Assembly (NCBI GenBank): GCA_965240325.2 | Contig: OZ251228.1 | Coordinates: 1,426,001 to 1,490,000, forward strand | Source of the DNA: Rebecca billardiae RCC1528 | Taxonomy: Eukaryota; Protista; Haptophyta | Length of the DNA: 64,000 nucleotides | Direction: 5' to 3' | Translations under genes and position numbers: made by a program | In this document: piece after piece, positions 10,586 through 23,245 of the stretch | Layout of the letters: every line of letters starts with the position of its first letter | Numbering within the stretch: the first letter of the stretch is position 1 | The notes under the pieces: generated by a model | The model's input: only the letters and a program-made list of their open reading frames with translations | What the model was told of the DNA's origin: nothing | The model's database searches: none

Positions 10586-13500
10586 CTACAGCTCCGAGAA
10601 GAATTGGAGCATTGCGTCGAGCGAGTACTCCGTCCTCAGCAAGCGGTCGAGGAGCGGTAGCCGCTGCACCACGTTGATGCCCCTGAACTTGTACTTGTCG
10701 ATGTACAAGTCCACGACGATGTTGATCAGATAGTCGAGCTGTCGCGGCATCTGCGCAAACTCCGAGCGGATCGTTGCCGCGTTGGCGAGGATGTCGAGGT
10801 AGCTCGGGTCGAGGAAGGAGACGTCGTCCTCCTGCTGCTCAATCTCCTTGAGCGTGTCGATCAGCTTCACCTGCGCGCGGGCGAGGGCGCGGCGGCGCAC
10901 GCGCCGACGGCGGCGGCTCGACGCCGTGTGCGCGCGCATGCGCGCGCGCGCGGCCGTCGCTCTGCGGTGTGCCGGGCATGCGCGCTCGCTCGCGCGCGCG
11001 CACCTTGTGTGAGAGCGAGTTCTGGTAGCCGAGCATCGGGTGGATGAGCTTGAGCATGTGCACGACCGCCTCGTCCTTGACGTCGTACGCCGTCTTGATC
11101 TGCACCTTGCGCTGCGTCGCCTCGCGGCCGATCATCTCCTTGAGCGTGGTGAGCGTCGTCAGGTTGTCCGACCTGAAGGTCGCGTCCCCCTTGCGGTAGC
11201 TCGCGAACAGGAAGGTTCCGAGAAACGTGCTGCGGAACACGTAGGACACCTCGTCCTCCTGCACGCGCTCGGGCACCTGCGGCGGCCCGGGCGCGGCGCG
11301 CGTGGCAGGGCGGCGCGTGTGGGCGGGCAGCGGGCGGGCGCGGCGGCGTGCCCGCGCGGCGCGAGCGGCGCGGACGGCGGCGCGCTCGTCGCGCGCGCCG
11401 CCTCCGCCCGTTCCTTCCGCGTGCGGATGGATCGCTGGCGGGCGGCGCCACACCTCTGGTAGAGCCATCACCACCCACGAGTGCATCTCCGCGAGCGAGA
11501 AGCTGCCGGTGAGGCGGAGCTCGGACATCGGCCGCGTCGACGCGTCCTCCGGCACGACCTGCAGCCGCCGGTGCAGCGAGAGCGGCCGGATGGAGTAGGA
11601 GGCCGCCTGCGCCGTCTTGGGCTGTCCCTTAGGGACCACGTACGCCTGGCGGCGGCGCGGCGCGGCGAGCGCGGCGCGAGCGGCGCGGCGCGGCGAGCGC
11701 GGCGCGAGCGGGGCGCGCGGAGGCGGTCGGCATGCATCGCGCGGCGCGGGCGCGGGGCGGGGTCGTGCGCGCGCGCGCGCGCGCGGGCAGGCGCCGCCGC
11801 CGCCGCACCTGCAGGTTGCCGTACCGCCCCTCGATCGTGCGCAGCCGCACCTCGATGCGCGTGGACTTGTCTGTCACGCGGTAAGTCGCGAGGAGCGAGT
11901 TCGCCTGCCCGACCGTGCGGCTCACGATCGCGCTCGACTCGTCGCGCCCCGCGATCTCGCCGCCGGCCTCGAGCTGCATCGAGTCGAGCACGTCCATCGG
12001 CACGTCCGACTGCAGCAGCACGAAGTCGAGCGGCTTCGACAGCTCGATCGAGAGCCGGTAGCACGCCTCGTCCTCTGCGAGGGCAAACGTGTCGCGCAGC
12101 TTGACGTCTGCCTGGACGGCAATCATGTCCTCGGAGATTTGGGACATGTACCGCGCCTTCTCCTGCTCGATGCGCGCGGCGGTCGCCTCGATCTCCTTGC
12201 GCATCGCGCGCACGCGCTTGTCCAGCGCCATCTTCTTCGGGTCGGCGCCCGCCGCGATCGCCGCCTGCTCCGCCTTGGCCTCCTTGTCAGTCATCCGGAT
12301 CGACTTGACCGATTTGAGCACGCCCTTGGCGCGCTCGAGCTTGCCCACCTTCTCGCCCTCGTCGTTGTCGGCGGCGGCGCCGTCGTCCGGCTCGCCGGTG
12401 AAGTCGATCTGCGAGGAGGGCTCGGAGGAGAAGGAGAGGATGTGCCCCGAGTACGTCGAGACCACCACCTCGTCGAAGCTCGGCGAGTTCACCAGACCGG
12501 CGTGCACGGCCGTCACCGAGCCGACCAGCGCCGACTCAAAGCACAGCTTGGGCTCCTCGGCCACGTCGAAGGAGAAGACCTGCACCGTGCCGTCGTCGCG
12601 GCCGATGAGCAGGTCGTTGGTCCCGTCGTGCGTGATGTCGTGCGACGAGATCGCCGTCACGCCCCCGCGCCGCGTCGCGCTCTTCGCGCCGAGCGCGCTG
12701 AGCGAGCGACCGCCTACCTGCCACCCGCGCCGCATGGCGTTCTCATCGAGCAGCAGCTGGCCCACGATCCCGTTCTCCGTGCCGTACACGAGCTCCGCGC
12801 CGGGGCGCGCGGCGGGGTTCTTCTTCTGCGCGGCGCTCGGCGCCGCCGGGTTCGGGTCGAGCGTGTTGAAGTTGAGCAGGTTGCTCGCCGTGCCCGCCTT
12901 GGACGAGTGCTGCGCGATCGTGAGCACGGGGCCGTCCACCGTCCCCTCATACATGATGTCCGAGTCGTGCAGCACGCGCACGGTGCGGTCCTGGCAGCCG
13001 AGCACCGGGTTGGGCTCGAGCGCGCCCGGGGTGACGTACACGGCGACCAGGTCGTTGATCCGGTCGTTCGCCATCAGGAAGTGCGCGTCCTTACAGTCGC
13101 TGCGCGCACGCAACACCCAGCACGCGGAGCGCACACGCGCACGTGCTCGTGTGAGCCGCGGCGGCGCGCGCACAGCGCGCCCCTCTGAGGCGCGGCGCGC
13201 GCGGCGCGGCGCGGCGGCCGCGGGACGCACCGGAAGTGGTTGTAGATGTACTCGCCGCCCGTGTAGATGTCCTCGTTCAGCACGAACATCGAGCTGATGT
13301 CCTCGGAGAGGTTGGTGTTGAACTTGAGGAACTCCTTGCCCTTTCGCGACCACGCCTTGATGGTCTGCCCGGCGGCGGCGAAGATCTTGTCGCGCTCGTC
13401 GAGCGTGCCGCCGAGGTCGATGCACGACACGCCCTTCTCCATCGTCCCCTTGAAGACCACACTCACGTCGCCGCGCTTCATGCCGAACACGCTCACCGAG

Positions 13501-13631
13501 CCGGACCGGTCACCCACGACGACCTTCTGCGTCTTGCCGGGGTTCTTCTTGCCCAGCGGGAGCAGGCGAAGGGACTTGCGGCTCGTGGTGTCCACATTGA
13601 CCAGGTCGATGCGCGTGAGCGAGAGGTCCAT
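10586..13631 (-). CDS. BBS7: Bardet-Biedl syndrome 7 protein; exons 13631-13231, 13099-11809, 11645-11454, 11276-11004, 10870-10586
   Basis: N-terminus MDLSLTRIDLVNVDTTSRKSLRLLP...QKVVVGD and motifs YNHFRDCKD, RTIEGRYGNLQAYV, IRPLSLHRR, GSFSLAEMHSW, FRSDNLTT, DLYIDKYKFRG match BBS7. All four introns are GT-AG and preserve frame. Confidence 0.96.
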
Positions 13632-13930
13632 GGCCCACCTGAGCGCCCCGCGCCGCGCCCCACCGCGCGAAGCGCCGCCTGACGCTGGGCTGTGTGTAGT
13701 GAACGGCAGGCCAGCGGCTGAATCAGAAAATCCACGATGGCCGCCGCCGGGCCGGCGCCACCGAACTCACTCCACATGCCCCTGAGGCCACTGCTGTCGA
13801 CAAGTTTGCTTGCGTGAGCCAGCATGACCAACGAGCGACGTCATGGTCGGCCGAGTGTTTCGTAGAGCACCTCCAGACTGGCACAGACTCTGATCATCTC
13901 GCCTTTTCAGGTCTACTCTGCAGCCTGCCG

Positions 13931-14311
13931 TCACCGTTGAGGCTGCGGACCCGGCGGCGGCGGCGCTGCATCGGCAGAGTGCGACCGCACGGCTTGCACT
14001 CGCTCGAGCCCTGCGACGAAGCCGCGCTGTTGAGGGGTGCGCGTCTCCGCTGCGGCCGTGACAGCCGCGCTCGCCGAGTCCAGCTTGCGCAGCCCGAGGT
14101 CATCCAGCTCCTCCTTCGCCATCAGGTTGTGGTCCATCCGGCAGGTGAGGTACGCGGCAACCTCACGGCGGCACTTGAGGCTCTCCATGCCACTCTCGCG
14201 CATACATTTCATGTAGGCCTCCATCGCGGCCTTGCACTCCGCCTTGTGGTCGAGAGGAAAAGAGCCCTTGTCTGGCGGCCGCCCTGGGGCTGACTTCGAG
14301 GGCTGCGCCAT
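13931..14311 (-). CDS. COX19: Cytochrome c oxidase assembly protein COX19 (twin Cx9C/CHCH)
   Basis: PPDKGSFPLDHKAECKAAMEAYMKC...CRREVAAYLTCRMDHNLMAKE signature; ATG at 14311. Confidence 0.93.
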   Translation of the reverse strand: MAQPSKSAPGRPPDKGSFPLDHKAECKAAMEAYMKCMRESGMESLKCRREVAAYLTCRMDHNLMAKEELDDLGLRKLDSASAAVTAAAETRTPQQRGFVAGLERVQAVRSHSADAAPPPPGPQPQR

Positions 14312-14500
14312 CGGGAGGGCTGACGAGCGTGAAGGACGCCACGCTGGCGTAGACGTCTGCGTTTTGCACTGCAAGATGGCGGCGCGCGACACAGTACTTG
14401 TGCGGGTATTTGTCCATCAGAGCTCAGCACGAGCTGCGGGGTGTGCGTGGGGGACAACGGCCCGCGCGCATCGAGGCTCGCCTGCGCGGTTTCGCGCACC

Positions 14501-15412
14501 ATGCCGGAGGAGGGGACGCGTTTGACGGCCGACGAGGTACTGCAGCTCAATGAGCCGACACAAGGTGGGCCCCTGCGCGCCTGTGGCCTGCTCAAATCCG
14601 CCGGGTCCGTGCGCGGGCTGACAGGTCAGCACCGCACACGGCCCTCCCCTCACGCGTGCGGCGCAGGGTACCTATGCCCGCTCAGCGCGAATCGCTACAA
14701 CATCCGTTTCAACTCATTCAAAGTGCGCGACTTCGACTCCAACACCACGCTCTTCGAGGTGAGTGCACCACCGATCGACGACGACGCCATCATCCCAGAC
14801 GACCTCACGCCAGAGGAGGAGGATCAGATCAGATCCATCCGGTACCAGTTCCCCGCCACGATGCTCTCGCTGAAGCGCATTGGTACAACGTATGTGCCTC
14901 GCTGCACCCCAGCGCGCGCCGCCCGACCCTGCCGCTTCCGGACCCCTCTCGCGGCGCGCGGCTGTGCGCGCCTCGCGCGGTGTACTGACGCGCTCGCCGC
15001 CTCCGCGCGTTCCGGCTGCCACCACACAGCTTGGAGTTCTCGGTGGGGCCCGAGGCTCTCCCGACGTTCAGGATGATCGAAAGGTGCGCGTGCGCGCTCG
15101 CCCGCCAGCCGGCCGCCTGCCCGTCGCTCACATGCCGCGCACCGCCCCCCCCGCCCCTCCCGCCTCCGGCTCTCCCGCGTGCGCAGGCACTACTTCCGCG
15201 ACCGATTGGTGCGCTCTTACGACTTCGACTTTGGCTTCTGCATCCCGAACAGCACGAACACGTGGGAGGCGATCTACGACGTGCCGGCGCTTGAGCCCTC
15301 GATGAGGGAGGACATGCTGCGCTGCCCATACGAGACGACCTCCGACAGCTTCTACTTTGTGAATGATGAGCTGGTCATGCACAACAAGGCGTCCTACTCC
15401 TACTTCCACTGA
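14501..15412 (+). CDS. UNC119: UNC119 (PDE-delta-like acyl-binding ciliary trafficking protein); exons 14501-14564, 14667-14889, 15030-15083, 15187-15412
   Basis: Spliced protein contains GYLCPLSAN-x-YNI-x-F, [43 protein letters not shown] and SDSFYFV-x-x-x-LVMHNKA. GT-AG introns are in consistent phase. Confidence 0.95.
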
Positions 15413-17371
15413 GCCTTGTAGCTTGGGCGCGGTGCGGGGCAAGGGCTCCCCAGCGGCGCGGAGAGGCCATTCGCATGGATCGCCGGCGGAGAGGAGATGG
15501 GTGAATCTCAGGGGCGGCAATCGCTCGGCTGCTCTTTGCTGGCGATGACGCGCTCACTGGCCGTGCTCGGGTGCCATGGGCTGCGCACGGGGCAGCTTCC
15601 GAGCTTCGTCCAGTTCCACGTGCTCAGAATCAGATCTAGCTGTGCACAGCTCGGCCGCTTCCGGATTGAGCTCGCTCACGGGTCGTGGCCTGATGAGGGG
15701 CGTTGGCCGCCCCGTCGAGTACCACGCGAGTGCCACCTGTGACCTGGACACGAAGACGAACTCCTCGGGCCGCGCATGGCGCCGGCGGCACAGCCTGCCC
15801 CCCCGTGCCGTGGCCCGCGCCGGCCGCGGGCACCGCGGCCCGGGGCCGACGCCAATCCTCACTCGCTCGCCAGCGTCGCCGCCGGGTGTCCAGCGCGCAC
15901 GGCCGCGCCGCGGGCCGCGGGGCGGGGGCCCCTGCTTCCCCGAGCTCCGCGGACCATCAGTACTCAGTCAGGCCGCGTGGCGGTGGCTGACTCGCTGAGC
16001 CGTGCAGCGTGCTGTAGTCAGCTACGGGTGATACATGTATCTGCTGAGTAATCATCGGACGGCGCCGACAGGGTTTGCCAGGCAGCTGCCGACGGGCGGG
16101 CTCGCAGCCGGCGGCGGCTGGCCGGGGCGCACGCGGCACCGGTCCGACGGAGACAGCTACTGCTAGACAGAGCAGTGAGTCACAGAGTCCGACTCTGACG
16201 CGGCTACGGCTAATGATGTACGTACTAGCTGAAGCTAGCAGTAGTTAGATGCATGATGTACATAATTATAGATGAATCCGCCATCCGGGTCGTCGCGTGA
16301 TGCTCCGACTACTGCTGGCGTACTACGACTCGTTAAGAATAAGACGTAGTACCAGAGTCCAGACGCAGTAGACGGCGCGTAGACAGCCGTGCCCGTAGGC
16401 GTAGTTGAACCCGGACAGTCTGTCATAGTGTCATATCAAGTGTGCTCTGTCGTCGGACTAGCTTAATTCTACTACTATTATGATTGAAAGACACAGGCAC
16501 GATCCTGGCGCAGCTCTCCTGATTCGTCTGTGACGTCGTAGTGCGGTACTGGTCGAAGCTTGCAGCAGTGGTGGCGTGACTGTGAGCACGTTATGTTGAT
16601 GTTGTTCAGTCGTCGTTGTTGACGTCGTCAGGCCCGCCCTGAGGAAGTGCGACAGCAGTTCCGACACGGATCACTCACGATCAAACCGAACGGCGAGAGT
16701 CACGGTTTCTATAACATCACGGTCACGGACTTGACGAACTAGTTCGCGTAGCTAGCTTGGGTTCCGCGTCCGTCGGGCCTGGACTCTGCCAGTGCCGCTG
16801 CGGCCGCCGTGCCGGGACCGCGTCAGCGTGCCGGCGTGGCCCGCGCCCGCTGCACTCGGACTGACTGATATATGTCTGACTCAGGCCATCAGTCACAATG
16901 CCAGAGTCAAAAGTTATTATATACGCGATATTTGTATTTCGGTAACGCCCCGGTGACGACTGACGGGTCCGTCGGCGTCTGATGGTGATGACGTACCGCT
17001 GTCAATCTCGCCTGCCTGAGCTGTGTGCGTCTCTTATTCTTAGTAAACTGTAACTGTGTCTGTGGCTGTGCCATGCACTTGCAGCCGATCGTCAATCTTT
17101 ATCTTACGGAATTCTAGTATTAAGTAATTTCGATAGTGTTTATGTTAATAAGTTGTTCAACTACTTCGGTCTGTCGGATGGCATGATTCCCATATCTAAG
17201 CATCACAGAGTATGTAGTCAGTCAGGCTCTTCACACGAAGCGCAGCTGCACTATGACGTACAGTCTGCCTGTCGCGCCGCGTGCCGCGCAGCGCCGCCAA
17301 TCCCAATGGGCAACTTTGGCAATGCATCAACGACGACGTACTGTACGGCCGGTAATCAGTATTGAACTCTG

Positions 17372-17713
17372 TCACTTCTTGCGTGAAGAGCGCTTGCCTT
17401 GACCCTTCTTTGGCGGCAGCTTGCCCGAACGCTCGCGATCGTTTAACCCTTGCACTTGCGCGTCGGAGATCGCGGCCAGGAGCTCTCGCTCGCCACCCTC
17501 AGCGAGCATGTGCCACAACACGTGCCGCTGCTGATTGCGGAACGTTGAATGCGACCATTGCTGCATCGACTGCTCCAGCTCCGGGCCGATGATCTTCTTC
17601 TTGAGGTACTTCCGTCCCGTTCGCTCGCCAGTGGGGTTGAAGAAAGTGCCAAATATGCGATGCCTCGCCTGCTGCACCGTTGTGAGCATGCGAGCGCGGG
17701 GAGCGGCAGACAT
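17372..17713 (-). CDS. MRPS33: Mitochondrial ribosomal small-subunit protein mS33 (Rsm27/MRPS33 family)
   Basis: RIFGTFFNPTGERTGRKYLKKKIIGP and C-terminal GKLPPKKGQGKR signatures. Confidence 0.85.
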   Translation of the reverse strand: MSAAPRARMLTTVQQARHRIFGTFFNPTGERTGRKYLKKKIIGPELEQSMQQWSHSTFRNQQRHVLWHMLAEGGERELLAAISDAQVQGLNDRERSGKLPPKKGQGKRSSRKK

Positions 17714-17950
17714 CGTTCGTCAGGCGGCGGCCCGCGACGCCACGAGTCGAGCAGATTTTCGACGATTTTCATCATCAGCATCAATTTGCTGATTAGATTT
17801 CTGTAGTTCCGCCGGACGGATGCAGGACTGATGCTGCACGTCGTCAGAAAAAATCGATTGCTGATGCTGCAGCCTGCAGCCCAGAATGTGTCGGTAGGCT
17901 GCGCGACTGCACGCTGACGTGCAAGTAACGGAGGGGTCGGGCAGACTACC

Positions 17951-18715
17951 ATGGCAGAGGTCTACCTCACGGCTTGCCGCGAATCGATTTGCTGCTGCCA
18001 CACACCGGAGAGCCTCTGTGAGTGTGTGTGCGCGCTCTGCAAGTCCCGGCGTTGGCAGCGCGTGACCGAGCGCAAGCTTGAGCGCCGGACGGCATCGCTG
18101 GAGCGCATGCGGCTGGTCGACTCGCCACAGTGGCATGTGCACGAGGCACGTGCTGGCTTCGAAGCTGCGCGGGCGCAGCGGGAGGAAGCACTTCCACTTC
18201 GTCTGAGCACGCCGCCAACAAAGCCATCCAATCGTGAGCTTGCCGAGCGCGCGCTCGCCTCGAACCCCACGCCACCGTCATCGCCTTACGTGATGCCAGC
18301 CCGTTCGCCGACATCGACGCCCGCAGCGACCCTTGCCTATGACGCCGTGCCGAGCTCCAACCTACCTTCACGGCCGGTGTGGTTGCCCTTCAGCTCAACT
18401 GTCAGCGAGTGGTCACCAAGGGCAAGCTCACCTGCCTCGCTTCGCCTGCCAAGCCCAGACGCGCCTCCGGGGCAAATGTCAGTCGACGCAGCTCGGATCG
18501 CGCCGTCACCGCCACCAGTCCGGGTGCTATGGCCTTCTGTCGGCGCGCAGCTGCGAGCACGCGAGCTTCATGAAGAGCGTGCCCGTACCGAGGCAGAGGC
18601 TCAGCTGGCTGTGAACGCTGCGCGAGCATTCATGGACAGCCAGATCGTCCGGCAGCCTCCACTTAGTCCGAGTCGCCCGGTGGCCGGTGACGAATCTGAC
18701 AACCGTCGACGGTGA
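17951..18715 (+). CDS. Hypothetical protein, Cys-rich N-terminus, Pro/Ser-rich body
   Basis: 254-aa ATG ORF divergent from mS33. No recognisable domain and weaker codon bias. Confidence 0.45.
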   Translation: MAEVYLTACRESICCCHTPESLCECVCALCKSRRWQRVTERKLERRTASLERMRLVDSPQWHVHEARAGFEAARAQREEALPLRLSTPPTKPSNRELAERALASNPTPPSSPYVMPARSPTSTPAATLAYDAVPSSNLPSRPVWLPFSSTVSEWSPRASSPASLRLPSPDAPPGQMSVDAARIAPSPPPVRVLWPSVGAQLRARELHEERARTEAEAQLAVNAARAFMDSQIVRQPPLSPSRPVAGDESDNRRR

Positions 18716-19025
18716 CACTGTGTGAGCAGCCGCTGCTGTCGTAGTCATAGCTCGGTCAGCGCCTCTGCGCCGCGGGCCGCGCCGCCGCGCGGCCGCGCCT
18801 GTCAATCCCTTGCTGTCATGGCACTTTGAAATAATACTAGCTGGCGCAGTCACTCACGCAGTCTTATAGTGGCGCGCTGCCCTAGGCCTACACTGCCTAC
18901 ACTGCTGCTACATCATGCAGCAGCGTATTGCTGTCGTCAGCATCTATACTGATTCTACTTTCTACTTCTAGGAGTAAGGGTGGCTCGTCTGCTTCTGACT
19001 CTGACGAGTCACAGTCGTCACGCAC

Positions 19026-20938
19026 CTAGGAGTCGCCCTCGGGCTCGGTCGGCCCTGGCGGCGGCCGTAGGCGCGGGCTGTGCGGCCAGCTCAGCGTCGC
19101 CACACCCGCGGCTTTGGCGGCGGCGGCAGGCGCAGCTGCTGGCACCGAGGAAGCTCCAGAGGTGCGCGACCGCGACGATGCGTCGTCAGGCTGCTGGCTA
19201 CTCAGCTTGCGCCGGCCACCCTGCCCCGGGGGGCGGCACTCGCACACTCCCGGCGTGTTCTCATCTGCGAAGAGATCCTCGATCTGCTCGAGGCTCAACC
19301 CCATCGTCTCCGGCAGCGTGAGCCACAGCCACCCTGCGCCGATGACGCTGAACGCCGCGAAGAGCGAGAAGGCGCCGCCCGTGCCGAGCCGGTCGCACAG
19401 CGAGAGGAACGTGTTGGCGACGAGCCAGTTGAAGAGCCAGTTGCACATGGTCGCCTGGCCGACGGCGGCCGAGCGCACTTGCATGGGGAAGATCTCGCTG
19501 TTGACGACCCATGGGACGCCGGAGAGCCCTGCGCCGAAGGCGACGAGGTAGAGCATGAGCGAGGCGACTGCAAGCGCCGCCCACACGGCTCCGTCGAGGC
19601 TGAACGCGATGCTCATGCTGACCAGCGTGAGCACCACGCCGGCGGTCGAGCGCAGCGCGGTCTTTCGGCGGCCGGCGCGGTCCATCGAGTAGACAGAGAT
19701 GCACACGCCGATCAGCTGCGCCAGATTGCACCCCGCCGCGAGCCAGACCGCCACTTCGCGCGTGAAGCCTGCGTTCACTAGAATCGTGGCAGAGTAGTAC
19801 ATCACCGTGTCTGCGGGGCGGCGGCGTGCGTCGCGGGCGATGAGGGCAGCGCGCGGGGCGTGCGTCGCTCGCCGCGCGCGTGTGAGCAGCGGCGGCGCAG
19901 CCCACGCCGTGAGGGCGCGGAGGCGGCGAGGCGCGCATGCGTCGGGCGGCACGCACTGATGCCCGAGAGCTGGTTCATCGCCATCATGAAGATGCCGCAC
20001 ATGGCCGCGCGCCGCACCACGCGGTCCGTCCAGATGGCGCGCAGCTGCTGATACAGGTCGTGTGCGATCCGCGCGAGGGAGGCGCACACGTGCGCCGCGG
20101 CGTCGGCGTCGCCCGCGTCGGGCTCGTACGCGATCGACTCGCGCAGCTCATCGATCTCCGCCTCGACACGCGCGGCCGTGCGCACGAGCCTCAGCACCTC
20201 CACCGCGTCCGCGTCCCGCCCTTTCGCCACCAGCCAGCGCGGTGACTCGGGGAGGCTGAGGAAGCCGTAGAACTGCACGAGCGCAGGGAATGCGGCAAGG
20301 CCCATCGAGATGCGCCAGCCGCCGCACACGTGCACGAGCAGCCCGTTCGTCACGCCCGCCACGAGCTGGCCGGCGACGATGTTGAGGTCGTTGAGCACGA
20401 CAAACGTGCCGCGCGTCTCGGGCGGCGCGAGCTCGGCCGTGTACATCGGGACCGTGCCAGAGGCGAGGCCGATCGCGAGGCCGAGGAAGAAGCGCCCGAG
20501 CATGAGCCAGCCGAACGACTTCGCCGCGGCGATGATGCCGGCCCCCGCGGCGAAGAAGAGCGATGAGCAGATGACGACCGGCCGGCGCCCGTAGATGGCG
20601 TTGCCTGGCACGCCGAGAAGCGTGCCGAGCGCCGCCGCCGCGACGGTCGCCGAGACGACGAGCTCCACCTCGATCGTGCTCAGGCCGATGTCCTCGGCCA
20701 GCGCGACCAGCGCGCCGCTGACGACGCCCGTGTCGTACCCGAAGAGTGCCATGCCGAGGCAGCCGTAGAAGGCGACGCGGCGCATCGTGTGCCTGCTGGC
20801 GCCGTCGTCGCCGCGGGGGACGAGCAGCGGTTGCCCATCGGCAATGCGCGCCGCGAGAGCGCGCGCCGACTTCTCCGCCTCGGCCAGCGCGGAGTCGAGC
20901 CGCTGCGCGCCGTTGAGCGCGACCGCGACCGATGCCAT
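19026..20938 (-). CDS. MFS sugar porter, myo-inositol transporter (INT/HMIT)-like; intron 19956..19811
   Basis: LFGYDTGVVSGA, YGRRP, PMYTAELAPPETRG, LPESPRWL, QLSGINTVMYYS (across the splice), PWVVNSEIFP and LPETMG motifs. Confidence 0.93.
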
Positions 20939-23245
20939 GGCGCCCAAGGGCCGTGGCCGGCCGGGGCGGCGGCGCCTCCCGGCTCCCGCGCGCGGCAGCT
21001 TGTGCACCACGGCCGTCCCGCAGCGTCGATGCGCGCCGCGAGCGGGCCACTGCCAGCAATTCCGGTCCTTGCCGCTGTGGGCAGACTCATTCTATTATTT
21101 AACGACACGGGTCCGGGTACAGTTTACTATGATTTAACGTGCATTGGTTGGTTGGGGGCTGGGCAGGGTAGGGGTGGAGGCTTCGGCCGCCAGCCTGATC
21201 ACCCGGAGCCCGTTATAAAGGGGAATTTAAAAAAAACTTGGTTAACCAGTGGGCCCCCACTGCCGTCATGCGTTCGCGCGCCCTCGGATCTGCCGTGCGC
21301 GTTGAGGCGCATGGCGCCTTGCGTTGCGGCAGTCGTGCCCGTGCTCGTGGTTCATGCACGCCCCGCGACGATACGCATGTCTGGTGTGCCCTGCTTTGCT
21401 CGCGCTGCGGTTTCCTCGTCCACAGCCTTGTGATCACGCGGGCCGCCATTTCGACCGGCTACTGGCCTGCTGTCGCGCGCGTGCGTGCGGTCCGACCGAC
21501 GTCGGCAAGGCTGACTGCGAGGCAGTGATGTTGAGTAGTCTCATACCCATCGCACAGCAGCAAAAAAGCCGACCTTGAATGCCCCAGGGGCGCACACGCG
21601 CCCATCATGCTCGTCGGACAGGCCTTCTCGAGAACTGCGCCGGGTTTTCCTACCCACACAAAGATCCCGTGCACGGCTGTCAAGCCCGCATGCGGCCTTG
21701 GGAGGCGCTGCGCACGCGGGCCCTCGCGTCGCCCAGCGGCCCAGTGCTCGCCCGCGCCCCTTCGGGCGAGTGGTCAACAAGCCGGCAGGGCAGTTCAGCT
21801 GACAATCAGCTGATCGACATTCGACACCGGTCAGCTGGCTGACAGGCGGGGAGTCGGCTGACCGGTTGACCGGCTGACACTGACACACTGTCCGAAGCTG
21901 GGCCGGGCTCGCCACATCGCGGCTCAGGCTGACCGGCTGGCGGCTCGGGCTGACACGTGTCAGCCGGCTGTTTGAGCACAAGTTGACAGGCACTGGTGAG
22001 ACACAGCCGGCGTCTTAAGTCGTTGGCAGACTCACTCACTACTATTGCTAGTACAAGTAGTAAGTAGCGCGGAGTATTCTCAGTCTGCGGCTCACGGAGG
22101 CAGTCGAGGCACGCCACGGCGACCGGCCGAGGTCGCCCACCGTCAGTCGTGGCGGCGCGGGTGGCGCGGGCCGGACGGGCCGCGGCAGCGGGCACCGCCC
22201 CCCTCCCGCCGCCGGAGAGAGTCGGCTGCGTACAAAGAATCAGCTGCGGCTAGCGCGGTTCAATCGAATACTCACCATCAGGCATCTCGGAGGCCGATCA
22301 GTCTGCGAAAATAGGCAGTAGCCGGGCCCGCTCGGCCGCGGAGCGGAGCGCTGGCTGCCGCACCTGCCTGTCGACCAGCCAGTCAGCTGGTCGGCTGATA
22401 CTGACAGTGCCTAGTCAGCGCACTCGGCTGATGTACGGTCCTGAGCCGACCGATGCCCGCCCCGCGTGTGCGCACCTCGGCCGTTCGGTCCGACGACAGC
22501 CGGCCTGACTGGCTTTGATGAGCTTGAGAGACCGACTCGGTGAGAAGCCGGCCAGCCAAGGGTAAAACCCTTGGTCCACTACTCACTCCAGCTTATGAAC
22601 AGCCGTACTTGCACTGTGAATAATCGTTCATTAGGGTAATACTGTAATCTCGCCTGCCTGTGAGCTGTGTGCGTCTTCTGCTCTTATTATATGGGTTGGC
22701 GCTGCGCGTCAACTTGGGCAGGAAACCTGTTTCTTAAACGCCTGATGGCTCGCGGCTGGTAGCCCGAGCTCGCAACATCCGACGTTGCCATGGGCGCAAG
22801 CGACGGCGCTCTGGGGGCTCAGCGGCGAGGCTGACGACGCGCGCGCGCGTGCACGTGTCAGTGTGAGCACGAAGTGCGCGCTGCAATGACTGGCCCGCCT
22901 GCAACACCACGCCCCGCGCTGTGAGTGAGAGTGTGGCCCGTGCCCAAGCGAGAACGGCCGGGCGGATTACCTTGCCGTCCGCCAACCAGCCCGCGGCCGC
23001 CTGCTGCAGCTCGTGGAACACGCGGTCACGCGCGCGCGCGTGGAGGGCGGACCTACGCGCATGCGCCCGCCGCGTGTGTCGCTTCACGCGCTGGCACCGC
23101 ACGCGAGCCGCTCGTCGCGCGCAGTGCAGCTCGAGCACTCCGTCGCCACTCGGACTCAGCCGGCGTCACGAGCTCGCGAGTCGTGCTCGAGCGGAGGCGG
23201 TGCGCGCCGCCCGAGCCGAGGCCGCGCGTGAGGTTCGTACTGGTA

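Noticed and set aside
15500-17350. Short ORFs between UNC119 and mS33
   Set aside because: Low-complexity intergenic sequence with no consistent frame or recognisable motif.
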